DNA of 33,736 nt from Nemertoderma westbladi. Its lineage: Eukaryota; Animalia; Xenacoelomorpha. The position numbers were made by a program, and so were the translations under genes. Of this stretch, positions 21,441 through 33,736 are shown one piece after another. A model generated the notes under the pieces. That model was not told the origin of the DNA. It ran no database searches and worked only from the letters and a program-made list of their open reading frames with translations. The stretch is from assembly GCA_032718475.1 (NCBI GenBank), contig JAUCBJ010007959.1:1-33736 (forward strand), given 5' to 3'. The number at the start of each line of letters is the position of its first letter. Within the stretch, counting starts at the first letter, position 1.

Positions 21441-23830
21441 GGGGAAGTTTGGATTCACTGCATAAATGCAGTTCACCAAACTTCCCCCGAATGCACACTG
21501 TAACTTCCCCCTTCCCACAAATATCCACTGTTGAATTAATTTGAAGCGATATAATAAGTACAAAATTGTGCGAGTTTTTAATTGTGTGGTCCAATTGTTA
21601 TTTGATTACTATTTATTATTTAAAGTGCATTTAATATCACACTGGTTTTTAGAATATTATACTATACAACCTTATGTTTTATTAATTTACCCAATCGAAG
21701 CCTCATAAGGGCCGGTTATTTGTACGCATATCCCCTAATGCGCTCAGTAAGGTTCAAACAACATATTAATATGAAAATAAAGTATCTGCAAAGAAAAGAA
21801 CCCAATACTTTATAATTTGACCTTATTAAAAAATTTGCACTTTTGCACACTTATTTGTACAAATTCACTTTAGCAGATCGTAATGGTGGCTCTTATTTAA
21901 CAAACTTATGTTTATCCTCTACCGATCTACGATGGTGTATGATCAAGTGTCAGTCGCTAAAAGTGTCAAAAATCCAATTTAATAAATCTGGATTTGCGAT
22001 TTTGGACCATATTCATGGACATTTTTAAGTCACTTTATAGACATAAAAAGTTAAACAAATGTTACGATTATAGTTAGAAATCATTCCAAACTACATTTTA
22101 ATCCAAAAAATAACATTCTACGATGAATAGAATTGGAAATAACAGTGTTTGAAGTATCGAAAAAATGTTCACTATTTAAGTGCATTTTGCACTAAGTGCA
22201 CATAAGTCTTTTCCCAAGTTGTATCCTATTTCACACACTACAATCTATCCTCTATCCAATGAAAAAAGTTTCAGATTAAACGGCCCTGTAGAACCGAAGT
22301 TATTTATGTTTAAAAATAGTCACTCGAAAATTTCAAATTCTCTTGGTCACATAGTCTAGTGGTTATCAATCACGTTAATGAAACCTAAGTTCGCGGGTTC
22401 GAAATCCAATATTGACCTGACCATTCTTAATTTTTTTGCAAAAAAAATTATTTTAATTTTTTCACTAAAATCGCTCTAACTTCGGTTCTGGTGGTCCAAA
22501 TTCAATAAAATTGGTATATTGTTTGCCGTAATTTTTTTCTTAATCTTTTGAGAAGGGGTTATTTTCGGCCCCAAAAAAATTAAAAAAAGGGCCAAAATAA
22601 CGCGATATTTTTCGACCCTTAAAATTCGTAATTTTAATTATATATGTTAAGATAAAAGATAGCGGAGTTAATTTGATACTTTTTACAGGTACTTTTGGCG
22701 CAATACGCTAAATTATAATGGAATAGCGATTTGTTAAAAAAAAAAATTTTTCGTCCCTTTTTATAAATATTATATTTCACACGATCGCCTGCCGCTCCAG
22801 TTTTATAATACCTCCGGCGCTGTGATTAACGCTGTTAGATAGATAATTTAACTCACTATAAGTCTGTGTAAACAAATCTCCCGTAAGTTAAGTAGTTTTC
22901 GAGCTAGACGATTTCCCGCGAAGCAAGTTTGAGGCGCGAAATTATAATTTTGGCCCTCATTTTTTTAATATCATCCTTGGAGCAAAACCGATAGCATATC
23001 TGAATTCCCCGTATGGATATTGACTGTATAGAATGTACCTTAACCAACTAAAGTTAAAAATAAAAAATTATTCGATAAAAACTACTTTACAAATTCTGGC
23101 TCTTTTTGGCCCCTATTGCCGACATATTTTTTGTACCCCCATTCGATAGGAACGTGGCCCCAATGGTCTTCTACGAGTTTCATAAAAGAATTAGTGGATT
23201 CCTACCCGCGTTGTCGAATAAACATTTCGGAAATAAGTTTTCCAAAAAAGACGGACAAAAACGCACAAATTTACAGCCCCTTTTTCCACCCGAAATTTTA
23301 ATAAATATCTTACCCCCATTCGATACGAAGGTAGTACCACTCTTCCCCTTTCCAACCGCGTTACTTTCGTCCCCGTACGATTAATATTAGCCGAGTTATA
23401 GCGGATCCCGCAAAGTCATTTTGTCCGTTTTTTCAACTTTGACGGACATTTTCGGAAAAAAGGCGTGGTAATCTTTTTTGAAAAAAAAAACGAATTCACT
23501 AATTAATCCCTTCTATCGTATCCCGGCGTCGGCTAAGCAATAACCTAGGGTTTTTTCGAGCCACTGTAGAGCGCCTTTCAAAAAAATTTTAAAATTGTCG
23601 AAAAAATGACGGTTTTTTGTCCGCCGTGTCCGTCGAAGGGTTAGATTTAATAATGTTAGAGTTGCTAATATCTTAGAATTCCGAGCCGCTCCCTTGGTGA
23701 GAAAATAAAAAAATTTGGTCAGTTCCTTCATCGAAAAGTCCCCCAGAATCCCAAGTTAACCTATATAGTTAGCGATGGCCTGCGGCTTTAGGAGCGGCCG
23801 CGGTATTCACCTCCCTCATAGCGGCCGCGG
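21441..23830. mobile_element. ~2.4-kb non-coding interspersed repeat, copy 1 (probable non-autonomous DNA element)
   Basis: 21441-23448 aligns with 24448-26422. Starts with a long palindrome and ends in a GC stem-loop. Class not determined. Confidence 0.7.
22345..22417 (+). other. 73-bp tRNA-like module inside repeat copy 1 (copy 2: 25321-25393)
   Basis: GGTCA...TGACC ends, A box TAGTCTAGTGG, B-box-like GGTTCGAAATCC. Confidence 0.55.
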
Positions 23831-24447
23831 CGGTGTTGCGTCAAATGGAGAAATATTTATCCCACCAAGGTGGGCCCCTCAATATAGATATACTTAAAGA
23901 AAGACCACGAGGTAAAGGGAAAAGCGTGGAGGGGGGGGGGGAGGGGGGGGGGGGGGGTATAGGTTGAATGACACTCGTTAATTTTATATTACTCGAAATT
24001 TTATGTAATATATTTTCGCTCCCAGTGTTCACTTGTTCTATATACCGGTGACCCATTAATATTAATATATTCTACTCAGTCGTTAGTACGTATGATACGA
24101 AATCTGTAAGTTATAGTCACCGAAACATTTCAGCTCTGAAATTATAATACGTGAATCGAGGCTGTTTCTGTTACGATCTACATATAATAGATATGGTTAT
24201 TGATACTGTTACATTGTGATAATAGATTCTAGGTTTCTTTTACTGGTAAATCCGTATAAAAGTTGAAGTAATAAAATTTAATTACAGAACCATAGTTCGA
24301 AGATCAGCATTTTTCATACCAGTCATTGCTTAGAAATTTTACAGGATAATATTGTTAATCTGACTTAAGTTGTTTAGGTTGAACAAAGTCTACATAGTAA
24401 ACAACAGGTCCTCCAAAGAGTGTGTCTTTGGTATATTATATCATGAA

Positions 24448-26790
24448 GGGGGAAGTTAGATTCACTGCATAAATGCAGTTTATCTAACTTCCCCCAAATA
24501 TCTACTGTTGAATAAAATTGAAGCAATATATTAAGTCCGAAGAGGTGCGAGTTTTTTAATAAATTGTGTGGTCCATTTGTTATCTGATCTCTATTTATTG
24601 TTTAAAGTTCATTTAAGATCACACTGGTTTTTAGAATATTACAACCTTATTTATTATTAATTTATACAATTGAACCCTTATAAGGACCGGTTATTTGTAC
24701 AGATACTCCTAATGCTCTCAGTAAGGTCCAAACAACATATTAATATGAAAATAAACTATCTGCAACGAAAAGAACCCAATAATACACCATTTGACCTTAT
24801 TAAAAAAAATTGCACATTTGCACACATATTTGCACAAGTGCACTTTAGCGGATCCTAAAGGTGGTTCCTATTTAACACACTTATGTCTATTCTCTACCGA
24901 TCTACGATGGTGCATGATCAATTGTCAGTTGCTAAAAGTGTCAAAAATCCAATTTAATAAATCGCGACATTTGCGATTTTGGACCATATTCATGGACATT
25001 TTAAGTCTCTTTATAGACATAAAAAGATAAACAAATGTAAAGATTATAGTTAGAAATCATTCCAAACTACATTTTAACCCAAAAAATAACATTCTAGGAT
25101 GTATAGAACTTGACATAATAGTGTTTGAAATATCGAAAAAATGTGCACTATTTAAGTGCAATTTGAACTATGTGCACATGCGTCTTTTCCCAAGTTGTAT
25201 CCTATTTCACACACTACAATCTATCCTCTATCCAATGAAAAAAGATTCAGATCAAACGGCCCAATAGAACCGAAGTTATTGATGTTTAAAAATAGTCACT
25301 CGAAAATTTCAAATTATATTGTTCACGTAGTCTAGTGGTTATCAATCATGTTAATGAAACCTAAGTTCGTGGGTACGAAATCCAATATTGACCATTCTTA
25401 TTTTTTTGTAAAAAAATTTTTTTTTATTTTTTCACTAAAATCGCTCTAACTTCGGTTCTGATGGTCCAAATTCAATAAAATTGGTATATTCTTTGCCGTA
25501 ATTTTTTTTTCTATCTTTTAAGAGGGGGTCATTTTTGGCCCCAAAAAAAAATGAAAAAAAGGGCCAAAATTACGCGACATTTTTCGACCCTTAAAATTCG
25601 TAATTTTAATTATAAATGTTAAGAAAAAAGATAGCGGAGGTAATTTGCTACAATTTAAAAATACTTTTGGCGCAATACGCTAAATTATAATGGATTAGCG
25701 ATTTTAAGAAAAAAAATTTTTTTTTCGTCCCTTTTATAAATATTTTATTTCACACGATTGTCTGCCGCTCCAGTTGTATAATAGCTACGGCGTTGTAACT
25801 AACGCTGAAAGATAGATAATTTAACGCTCTATAATAATGTTTAAATACGTTTCCCAGACGTTGAGTAGTTTTCGAGCTAGACGTGTTCCCGCGCAGCGAG
25901 TTTGAAACGCGAAATTTTAATATTGGCCCTCATTTTTTTAATAGCGTCCGCGGAGCAAAACCGATAGCATATTTGAATTCCCCGTATCGATATTGACCAT
26001 ATAAAATGTACCTTAACCAACTAAAGTGAAAAATAAAAAATTATTCGATAAAAACTATTTTTCATATTCTGGCCCTTTTTGGCCCCTATTGTCAACATAT
26101 TTTTTGTACCCCCACTCGATAGGAACGTAGCCCCAATGGTCTTCTACGAGTTTCAAAAAAGAATTAGTGGAATCCTACCCGCGTTGTCAAATTAAACATT
26201 TCGGAAATAAAATTCCGAAAAAAGACGGACAAAAACGTCAAAATTTACGGCCCCTTTTTCCACCCGAAATTTTATTAAATCTCTTACCCCCATTCGATAC
26301 GAAGGTAGTACCACTCATCCCCTTTCCAACCGCGTTACTTTCGTCCCCGTACGATTACTATTAGCCGAGTTATAGCGGATTCCGCAAAGTCATTTTGTCC
26401 GTTTTTTCAACTTTGACGGACAATAGACGGAAAACAAGCCCGGAGGCGGGGTATTCCAAGATGTGGAAACGTCTAATTTAGACCCCCTCTTTCGATTCTC
26501 GGTGTCTCTGGATGCGTCAAATAGAGGTTTTTTAAGAGTCCTAGTGAAAAAAAGACAAAAAAACCAGACAATTGTCCGTCATGTCCGTCAAAACGATAGA
26601 TTCGCTAAAAGCTCTGAAGAATCTTATTTTTTTGGCATTACGCGTCCCCCCTCGAAAAATCAAGAAAATCGTACCTCTGGAAATAGGTCGAATGGGGGGG
26701 GAACACCGTTTTCGCAGTAACTACGCGTCCTCTATGTAGACTGCGTCCTTTGGAGGGGCGGCGAATTCACCTCACTCGACGCCGCCCTTA
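24448..26790. mobile_element. ~2.3-kb non-coding interspersed repeat, copy 2
   Basis: Direct, diverged copy of 21441-23830. Confidence 0.7.
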
Positions 26791-27766
26791 CTGAATGTTT
26801 TTAAAAAATGTTTCTTCCCACCAAGAAGTTTGAGCTAAAAAACAATTGAAACTTTATGAATTCGGCTAACTGTCTATGGAGAAAATGTTATTAGTATATT
26901 TCAGTATTTTTTAGAATGTGGCATTCACTCTGAGTGTAGGCTTAATAAAAATTGTAATTGCTTATTGAAGTAAAATTAATTTACAGTATAACTGTTAATG
27001 GAACAATATAATTTTATTGTATATAATTATACGATTATGATGTATGATTATATGATTTATATAAATATATGTATATAAAAACAATAAATTGGATGATCGT
27101 GATCGATAAGAGTAACAGAAACACATAAATAAGATACATTATTGAAAAAGTAATGTGAAGTAGGCTATATTGTAGTACTATTGTAGAGATTAAAAAAATT
27201 GAAAGCGACAAAAAGAAAATAAATGTACATTGTTTGAAGTCGAATGGTTTACGAATGTCGATTAGAAAAAGCATCAATTAAAAAATGTTCTAGGAAATAT
27301 GACATGTCCCTAGCGAAAATAAATCCAGTCACTTACATATTTTTCACACAACATCTCAAGAGTTACATATTTTTCACCTATCAGATTTACACATTTTACA
27401 CATGGACTGTAGCCCCTTCTCGCTAAATACAGAAATATAACTGTAAGGTACTACGGACGGTTTACTAGAGTAGTCATATAGGCCGATATCTCGATAACGG
27501 AACAAGCTACTGTATGAACAAACAGATGAAATTTTGCTCTAGATTAAATTGAAAAAAATCGGTATTAAAAAAATGTGTAGAAAATAGGAGATTGCATGCA
27601 CCAAATTGATTTAAGCCATATGATAGTAGATTATGCGCCGACTAATATATACAGTATTGTTGTTTCTCGTTTTCCTTTGCTACTCGAACTTATTTAGCCA
27701 TATTCACTACACTCTACAACTCCATTTTTGTAGTTTTACCCCCACTCCCATAATCCATTGTACTGT

Positions 27767-28290
27767 ACTACTAGGATCAGCATGCTGCATTTCAGCTTCA
27801 TTTTTAAGAATGCTGTGACGGCTTATTGACAAAATTGCGCCGCCACAACTCCCTATCACCCATGATATTTGCTAGATCATACGCATCTCCAATGCCAGTG
27901 TCTATTTAGATGCCTCTCAAGAATAGAATGTCATGGGCTGTCCATCATGCTTATTCAGTCCATGAGGCCGCAAAGCACAATACACTGGCTCGTCCTTATG
28001 GCGAAATCAATGTCCTGCAAAGCGGAGGCGGTTCTGTTCAAGTGTCAAGCTTGTGGTGACTTTTGAAATACCTAGAAATAAGTTGTATAGTATCTGATTG
28101 GAGATGTGTTCATTGTACTTGAAACAGTGAACCCGACGTAGAAATCTTGTATACTGTAGGCCTAAGTGTCATCCAGATATTTGGTTTCCTCTGCAGTAAG
28201 AGCCCATCATGGACTCCCAAAACTCCTATATAAGAGTACTATAGTTCTACTGACTGCCCTAAATAATCGAACCTTGAGATTCCCTTTATG
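27767..28290 (-). mobile_element. Degraded 3' fragment of RTE-clade LINE
   Basis: Homologous to 31141-~31665, including the ACTACTAGGATC..GCATGCTGCAT 3' end. Many substitutions and indels. Confidence 0.85.
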
Positions 28291-31137
28291 CTATGGGCCT
28301 AGAAGGCTACATACTGTACTACTGTAGGCCCTGCAAACCATAGCAACATTAAAATAATGTTTATTAACATATTTATTCAGATAATAAAATATTAAAATTC
28401 AAATGTTAAACTAATGCCAGTTTTAATATTTTTTTGGCAAAGCGCTCGGACCCTGTGCAATAAAAGTGCACTTTCGGCAGTATTTGGTAACCAATGTTAA
28501 TCAGTGTTATTTTAACATTGGAATTCTAATAGTTTGTAAATTTCCCACCCTTAACATTCTAATGTTATTCTAACATTAAGCTAATATTGGAATTATTTCA
28601 TAGCATTCTCATAGCATTCATGATTTAGTTTCTCACTATTTTCTCATTATTATTCTAACATTAGTACATCAATACTAAAACATTATGATTTTAATGTTAT
28701 TAAATGCATGGTATCTTGTAAATAGGCCTACATAGAGTTTCCATATAAACACGGTTATTTCTATAAATGCAATAACATAATACACCTGAACAAAATTGGT
28801 GCGGTTTGTTCTATAATATTACAGAATAAAAATGGGTAAAAACGCTATTTATTAATATTATAATCATAATATGAATAATAATATTAGCATTATGTGTACA
28901 CCCGTTGAAAATATGGAAATGAAACCCACCAACCCAAGACGCAATGCTTTATCTTATTATCTTATACAGTAGTAAATATCTAACAACAGTAATTTACAAT
29001 AATGTCTGGTTAATCCCCAATGTAGTGCTAATCTCGTAGGTATAAAAACACAGAACGTTCCGATACCTAATAGGACAATCTATTACAATTTTATTATTAA
29101 TTTAAAAGATATTACAAGAAACAAACAATTAAAATTTAATATAAATAAAGGTTGACCTATTTTATGCACATGTATTGGCCCTACGGTACAAGTTCTTATA
29201 AGTCCAATCAAAAGTTAAATTCCAGTCTCTATTTCGTTTGCTATCTTTTCGATTGCGATACACTCCTCGGTTCCTCCAACTTTTCTAGCACTGTAAAGTA
29301 ATTAGGATTATATTAAGTAAGATTACATTGATTACATTATTAGATTACCATAATATTAAGTTGACAGCGACATGGTATTCCGTCATATAAGTTAAGAAAA
29401 TTATGTTATAGATACTCAAACCTAAACCAACACACACACACCCCCTCATACACACACACACACCCCCACACACCCCTCTTTGTACAACCCCCATTCTGGG
29501 GACCGTTATTTCTATCGGTCGGTTCTGGGGTCGATATTGATTCCCTTATAACTTCTTTATTCTTGGTTTAAATTAAATTATTTTGGCACCAATAGACTCA
29601 GGAGACCATTTTACGTCATTCTATTGTTTCAAAATTTATCAACTCTAAAGATTGCTTATTTGTTACTCATGGGTTGAAGTGGGGACATCATACATACACA
29701 TTTCACTGGTGTGTTTAAGTTTTTGTCCAATCACGACCCGGTCCCCAGTGTGATTGAGCACATTTCAGGTAGAGTTTACACAATCATTAACTCTACCGAA
29801 TGTTAAACATTAAACAATGTGCTGCCGTGTCAGACGATATGTGATTGGATAACAAATAATGTTCTGGAATATTCTTGAGAAATAGAAAGGGTTCAATGGG
29901 CAGCCATAATCTTAAAATCCTTGTATTCGTAACTAACTCTGCAATATGATTTTGATGTGAGGAAACAATACGTAGATTTCCTTTTTGCTACCAATTTTAA
30001 CTAAATATTTTAATATTTTTATTGCTATTTGTGATAATAATCAAAATAACCAATGAACTTGAAATAAATAATTAACTAAACCTGAGATACATTCATTTAA
30101 TTTCGCAGTATGTAGTGCCTAATAATAGTATATTATTGACTACATGATGTTCATAATATTATTACAGTCAGATAATATAGTTAAATGCTTTAATTCTGAA
30201 TTACTTAATATATAAGAAGAAAACAATACAAGTATTATTTCGTTTTAAAAATTTATATTTTAATAAACGATTAATTTATTTCGTACTGAATATGGAGAAA
30301 AAATGATGTTGATGTAGATTTCATTTTAGCTACCAATTCATTCCGGGGACGTCCCCGGATTGATCGTTTAATGATCATTAATCGTCCCCAGTTTGTCCTT
30401 GTGTATTCATGCAATTGTCCCCGGTATGAATCAGGTACAACGTAATCCTGTGTAATCCGTATGTAATGTATATTTTTGAATACATATGATTGCATGAACA
30501 TATCAAGTAGGATAGGGTACTAAGCAAGTTAAATTCTTTAGTACTACAGTAAATACATAAAAATGAAAACATACGATACGTTGGCCTAGAGGTATTATTT
30601 TAAGGCCCCGGTAGCGCTACATGGACATAATTTTTATATTGCCTTGTTAGAGCAACTTCTCATTGTCAGAAACGACAATAACTTTGTATGAAGGTCAATG
30701 GAAGATTTGTAATTAATAAATAATGTATAATAAATAATAATATATAAGTATATAATATAATATATAATAAGTAAGTAATAAATAATAATTTATGTAAATA
30801 AAAAATTCTAATTCAAATTTTTCAAAAATTTGGAAAAATATTGACAAATTTTTGGATAAATATCCAAAAACCTTCAGCAGATTCAATTTTGAGTATTTTT
30901 CTTTCTAATTTTTCAAATCGCATCAAAAATGTTTGTTTGCTCTTTCGATATCTCGAAGCAAAATTTCAAAAATTAATTAGCAATTGTCATTTTGGTGCTG
31001 TTTTTGGTTTTGTTTATTGTTTAATTTTGACAAATTAAAAATTATCAATATTTTATTCAATTTTGGCCATTTATTTCCATAATGGAATAAAACAATCAGA
31101 ATTCGAGGTCGAGATATCTGAAGAGAGCACATCAGAG

Positions 31138-32444
31138 ACTACTACTAGGATCGGCATGCTGCATTGCAGCTGCATTTTTAAGAATGCTGTGCCGGCTTGT
31201 CAACAAAATTGCACCGCCACAACTCCCTATCACCCATGACATTTGCTAGATCATCCGCATCTTTAAGGCCAGAAGTGTCCACCATGCTTATCCACTCCAC
31301 TTGGCTGCCAAAGCACAAGAGTATGCAGTGGCTGGTCTTCATGTCGAAAGCAATGTCCTGCAAAGCGGAGGCGACTTTGTTCTAGTGTCAAGCTTGGGGG
31401 AAACAATGAGACACCTCCAATGTTATATAGAGTCTGGTTGGAGATGTTTGCATTGTACTTGACACAATGAACCCGGCGTAGCATTCTTGTGAATGTGCCA
31501 TCCAGAGATTTGGTGTCCTCAGCAGTTAGAGCCACCATGGACTCCCGTAGAGGAGTACTGGAACTACTGCTGCTCTAAATAATCGGACCTTAAGTTTCCG
31601 ATTAATTCTCGGTGACTTCCAAATCCTGGAAAGCCTATTCAAGGCTGCCCATGCCTTTCCCTTACGTATTCGAAGATCCTCACCTGACTTCCGGATCCAT
31701 GATCCCAGGTAACAGAAGTCGTCCACATGCTCAAGCATACCATCCTTTGAGCTTATGCTCATCCGATCAGAGACTTGCTGAGGACTTTCAAAGTTAACTG
31801 TCAGAATTTTGGTCTTTCTGGAGTTAATAAAAAGACCAACACTAGAAGCAGCATGTTCTAATGAGCTGAGGAGCCGTTGGGCTCCCTCTAATGATTCTGA
31901 GAGTACTCCTAAGTCATCAGCAAAGTCTAGATCAGTTAGGTACTTGGCAGGATTTCCTCGACTTCTGGAGCCAGTAGGTGGAGTTATCATCACCCCATCA
32001 TCATTATAATGATCTAAGGACATGCGTAGAACATAATCAACCACAATAATGAACAAGAATGGTGCAAGTGTGTCTCCTTGGAGGACGCCCCATAACACTT
32101 CAAATGGTTCTGTGTCACCATCAACAGTAGACACAAATGTTGTCGAACCATCGTATACTGATCTGATTGCTGCAATAATTTCATCAGGAATCCCATATAA
32201 TGAAAGTATGGTGAACATACGTGAGCGAGAGACTGAATCAAAGGCCTTGAAGAAGTCAACAAAGATAACAGCCAGATGCCTGTCTTTCTTTTTTTTTTGA
32301 TAACTCTTCAATTATCATTCTAAGTGCCAAAATGGGCTCCATGGTCCCACGACCTTTACGGAACCCATTCTGATTTCCACGGAGCAGTCTCTCAATGGGA
32401 TCCCTGATGCGATTTAATAGAATCCTATTGTAAGTAGTATACAA
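31138..32444 (-). mobile_element. 5'-truncated non-LTR retrotransposon (RTE-like), RT domain to 3' tail
   Basis: NQNGFRKGR, FVDFFKAFDSV, GVLQGDTLAPFLF, LDFADD, INSRKTK, FCYLGS, LLYGS, RLRFAGH. Frameshifts at ~32295 and ~31530. (TAG)n tail on -. Confidence 0.92.
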
Positions 32445-32664
32445 TACTATGACACCCGGCCATGGTCACCCGTAGCCCATCATTACCATCCATTTTTGGT
32501 ACTGCAGCCAATCAGAAGCCACCATTTCAACCTTTAGCGGTGGTCGTTATTATTTCAACCAATCAGATGTCAGCATTTCATCCGTAACCATGGTAACTTC
32601 TCAAGTTCCCGCATCTTCCGCTAGAGGCGTTATTAGTCACCCGACGCTAGTACTGCATCCAATC

Positions 32665-32950
32665 ACCAACCTTTATTTTACAGGTGTTCGGGTGTCTACA
32701 CTTAGCATCAGGTAACTTCTACTATTTTTCAAATCGCAATTTTTCAGCAACCAGTATTTTTCATATTTACCAACCTTTATTTTACAGACGCTAGAGGTGT
32801 CTACAGGTAACTTCTACTATTTTTCAAATCGCAATTTTTCAGCAACCAGTATTTTTCATATTCACCAACCTTTATCTTACAGACGCTAGAGGTGTCTACA
32901 GGTAACTTCTACTATTTTTCACCAGTAACTAAATTTAATTTCGCAATTTT
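32665..32950 (+). repeat. ~95-104-bp tandem repeat, ~3 copies
   Basis: ACCAACCTTTAT..ACAG...GGTAACTTCTACTATTTTTC starts at 32665, 32769 and 32864. Confidence 0.85.
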
Positions 32951-33736
32951 TCAGATAACAAAATATTCAACCGGGTTCGAACTCGGGACTGTTATAACTC
33001 CTCACAACTCGTCACCCACTCTTCCACCCAACCTCGAGAGAAAAAGACGATAAATATCCGAGTTATAGCTGTTGAATGCCAAGTAATAATTATTCAATAT
33101 CGATTTATTCATCATAACTGGTCGCAGATGTTTACAAATAGCTTGTGGTAGTATCAATTATAAATTATTGTTCATTGAATTCTATACTATAGCATATGTT
33201 ACCAACGAGATCCAATTATTCTAATGATTTCGATAGCATAAAATGCATATTAATTAATACGAAATACATCTAACTAATAATAATAATTTACTTGTTCTAC
33301 ATACATTATCAGTACAATATTGACAGGTTAATTACGTTTGAATATAAGATGGAATGATAATTAATGTTTAGATGTAGGGTATTGATTGTTGTGAGTATGT
33401 GCTAGATATAGCAGTAATAGTGTTATTCGATATGTAACATTATGAAACAATGTCTCATGTATACACTGTAGTGTTGCAACTATGTGTAGGTAAGTCAATG
33501 TGTCAGTGTTAATATAGTATATTACATTTTTTATAATATATTGGTTCTACAGAGTGATGCTGGGTTTTAGCACTATTAATTTGACATTTTTTTATTGCGA
33601 AATTAGATTCACTGAAAAATCACATGAATAAACTTTGCGAGACATTCCTTAACTATTCTTTGACAACAAATTGTCTATCTATCTATTTTGAGTAAAAAAT
33701 GTGAAAATTAAAATGCAAGTCTTAAAAACTGAGTAA

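Noticed and set aside
22345-22417. Functional tRNA gene
   Set aside because: Acceptor and anticodon stems pair poorly, and the second copy has a mutated B box.
23106-23384. Short ORF shared with 26167-26364
   Set aside because: Similarity comes from the duplicated repeat. There is no ATG and the upstream frame is not conserved.

Overview
Eukaryotic (animal-like), transposon-dense DNA with no confidently identifiable host gene. The main feature is a ~14.3-kb BEL/Pao LTR retrotransposon on + (5087-19401) with a decayed gag-pol (6538-14439). After pol come a 47-bp tandem array and a second large ORF (15513-18079) that is not env. This ORF has a WRN/EXD/Mut-7(Nibbler)/RNase D-type DEDDy 3'-5' exonuclease domain, three CCHC zinc knuckles and a basic NLS-like tail. 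A diverged, 5'-truncated sister element on - (136-1703) keeps the same C-terminal frame at ~81% aa identity, so the accessory ORF looks like a selected family trait. The 5' end is unusual: LTR-A + PBS, then a copy of the element's own 3' end (PPT + LTR-B), then gag with no PBS. The rest of the window holds a Mutator-like non-autonomous element with a 9-bp TSD, two ~2.3-kb related repeats, two RTE-clade LINE fragments, tRNA-like A/B-box modules and small tandem repeats. Family assignments come from motif recognition by eye, not from database searches.
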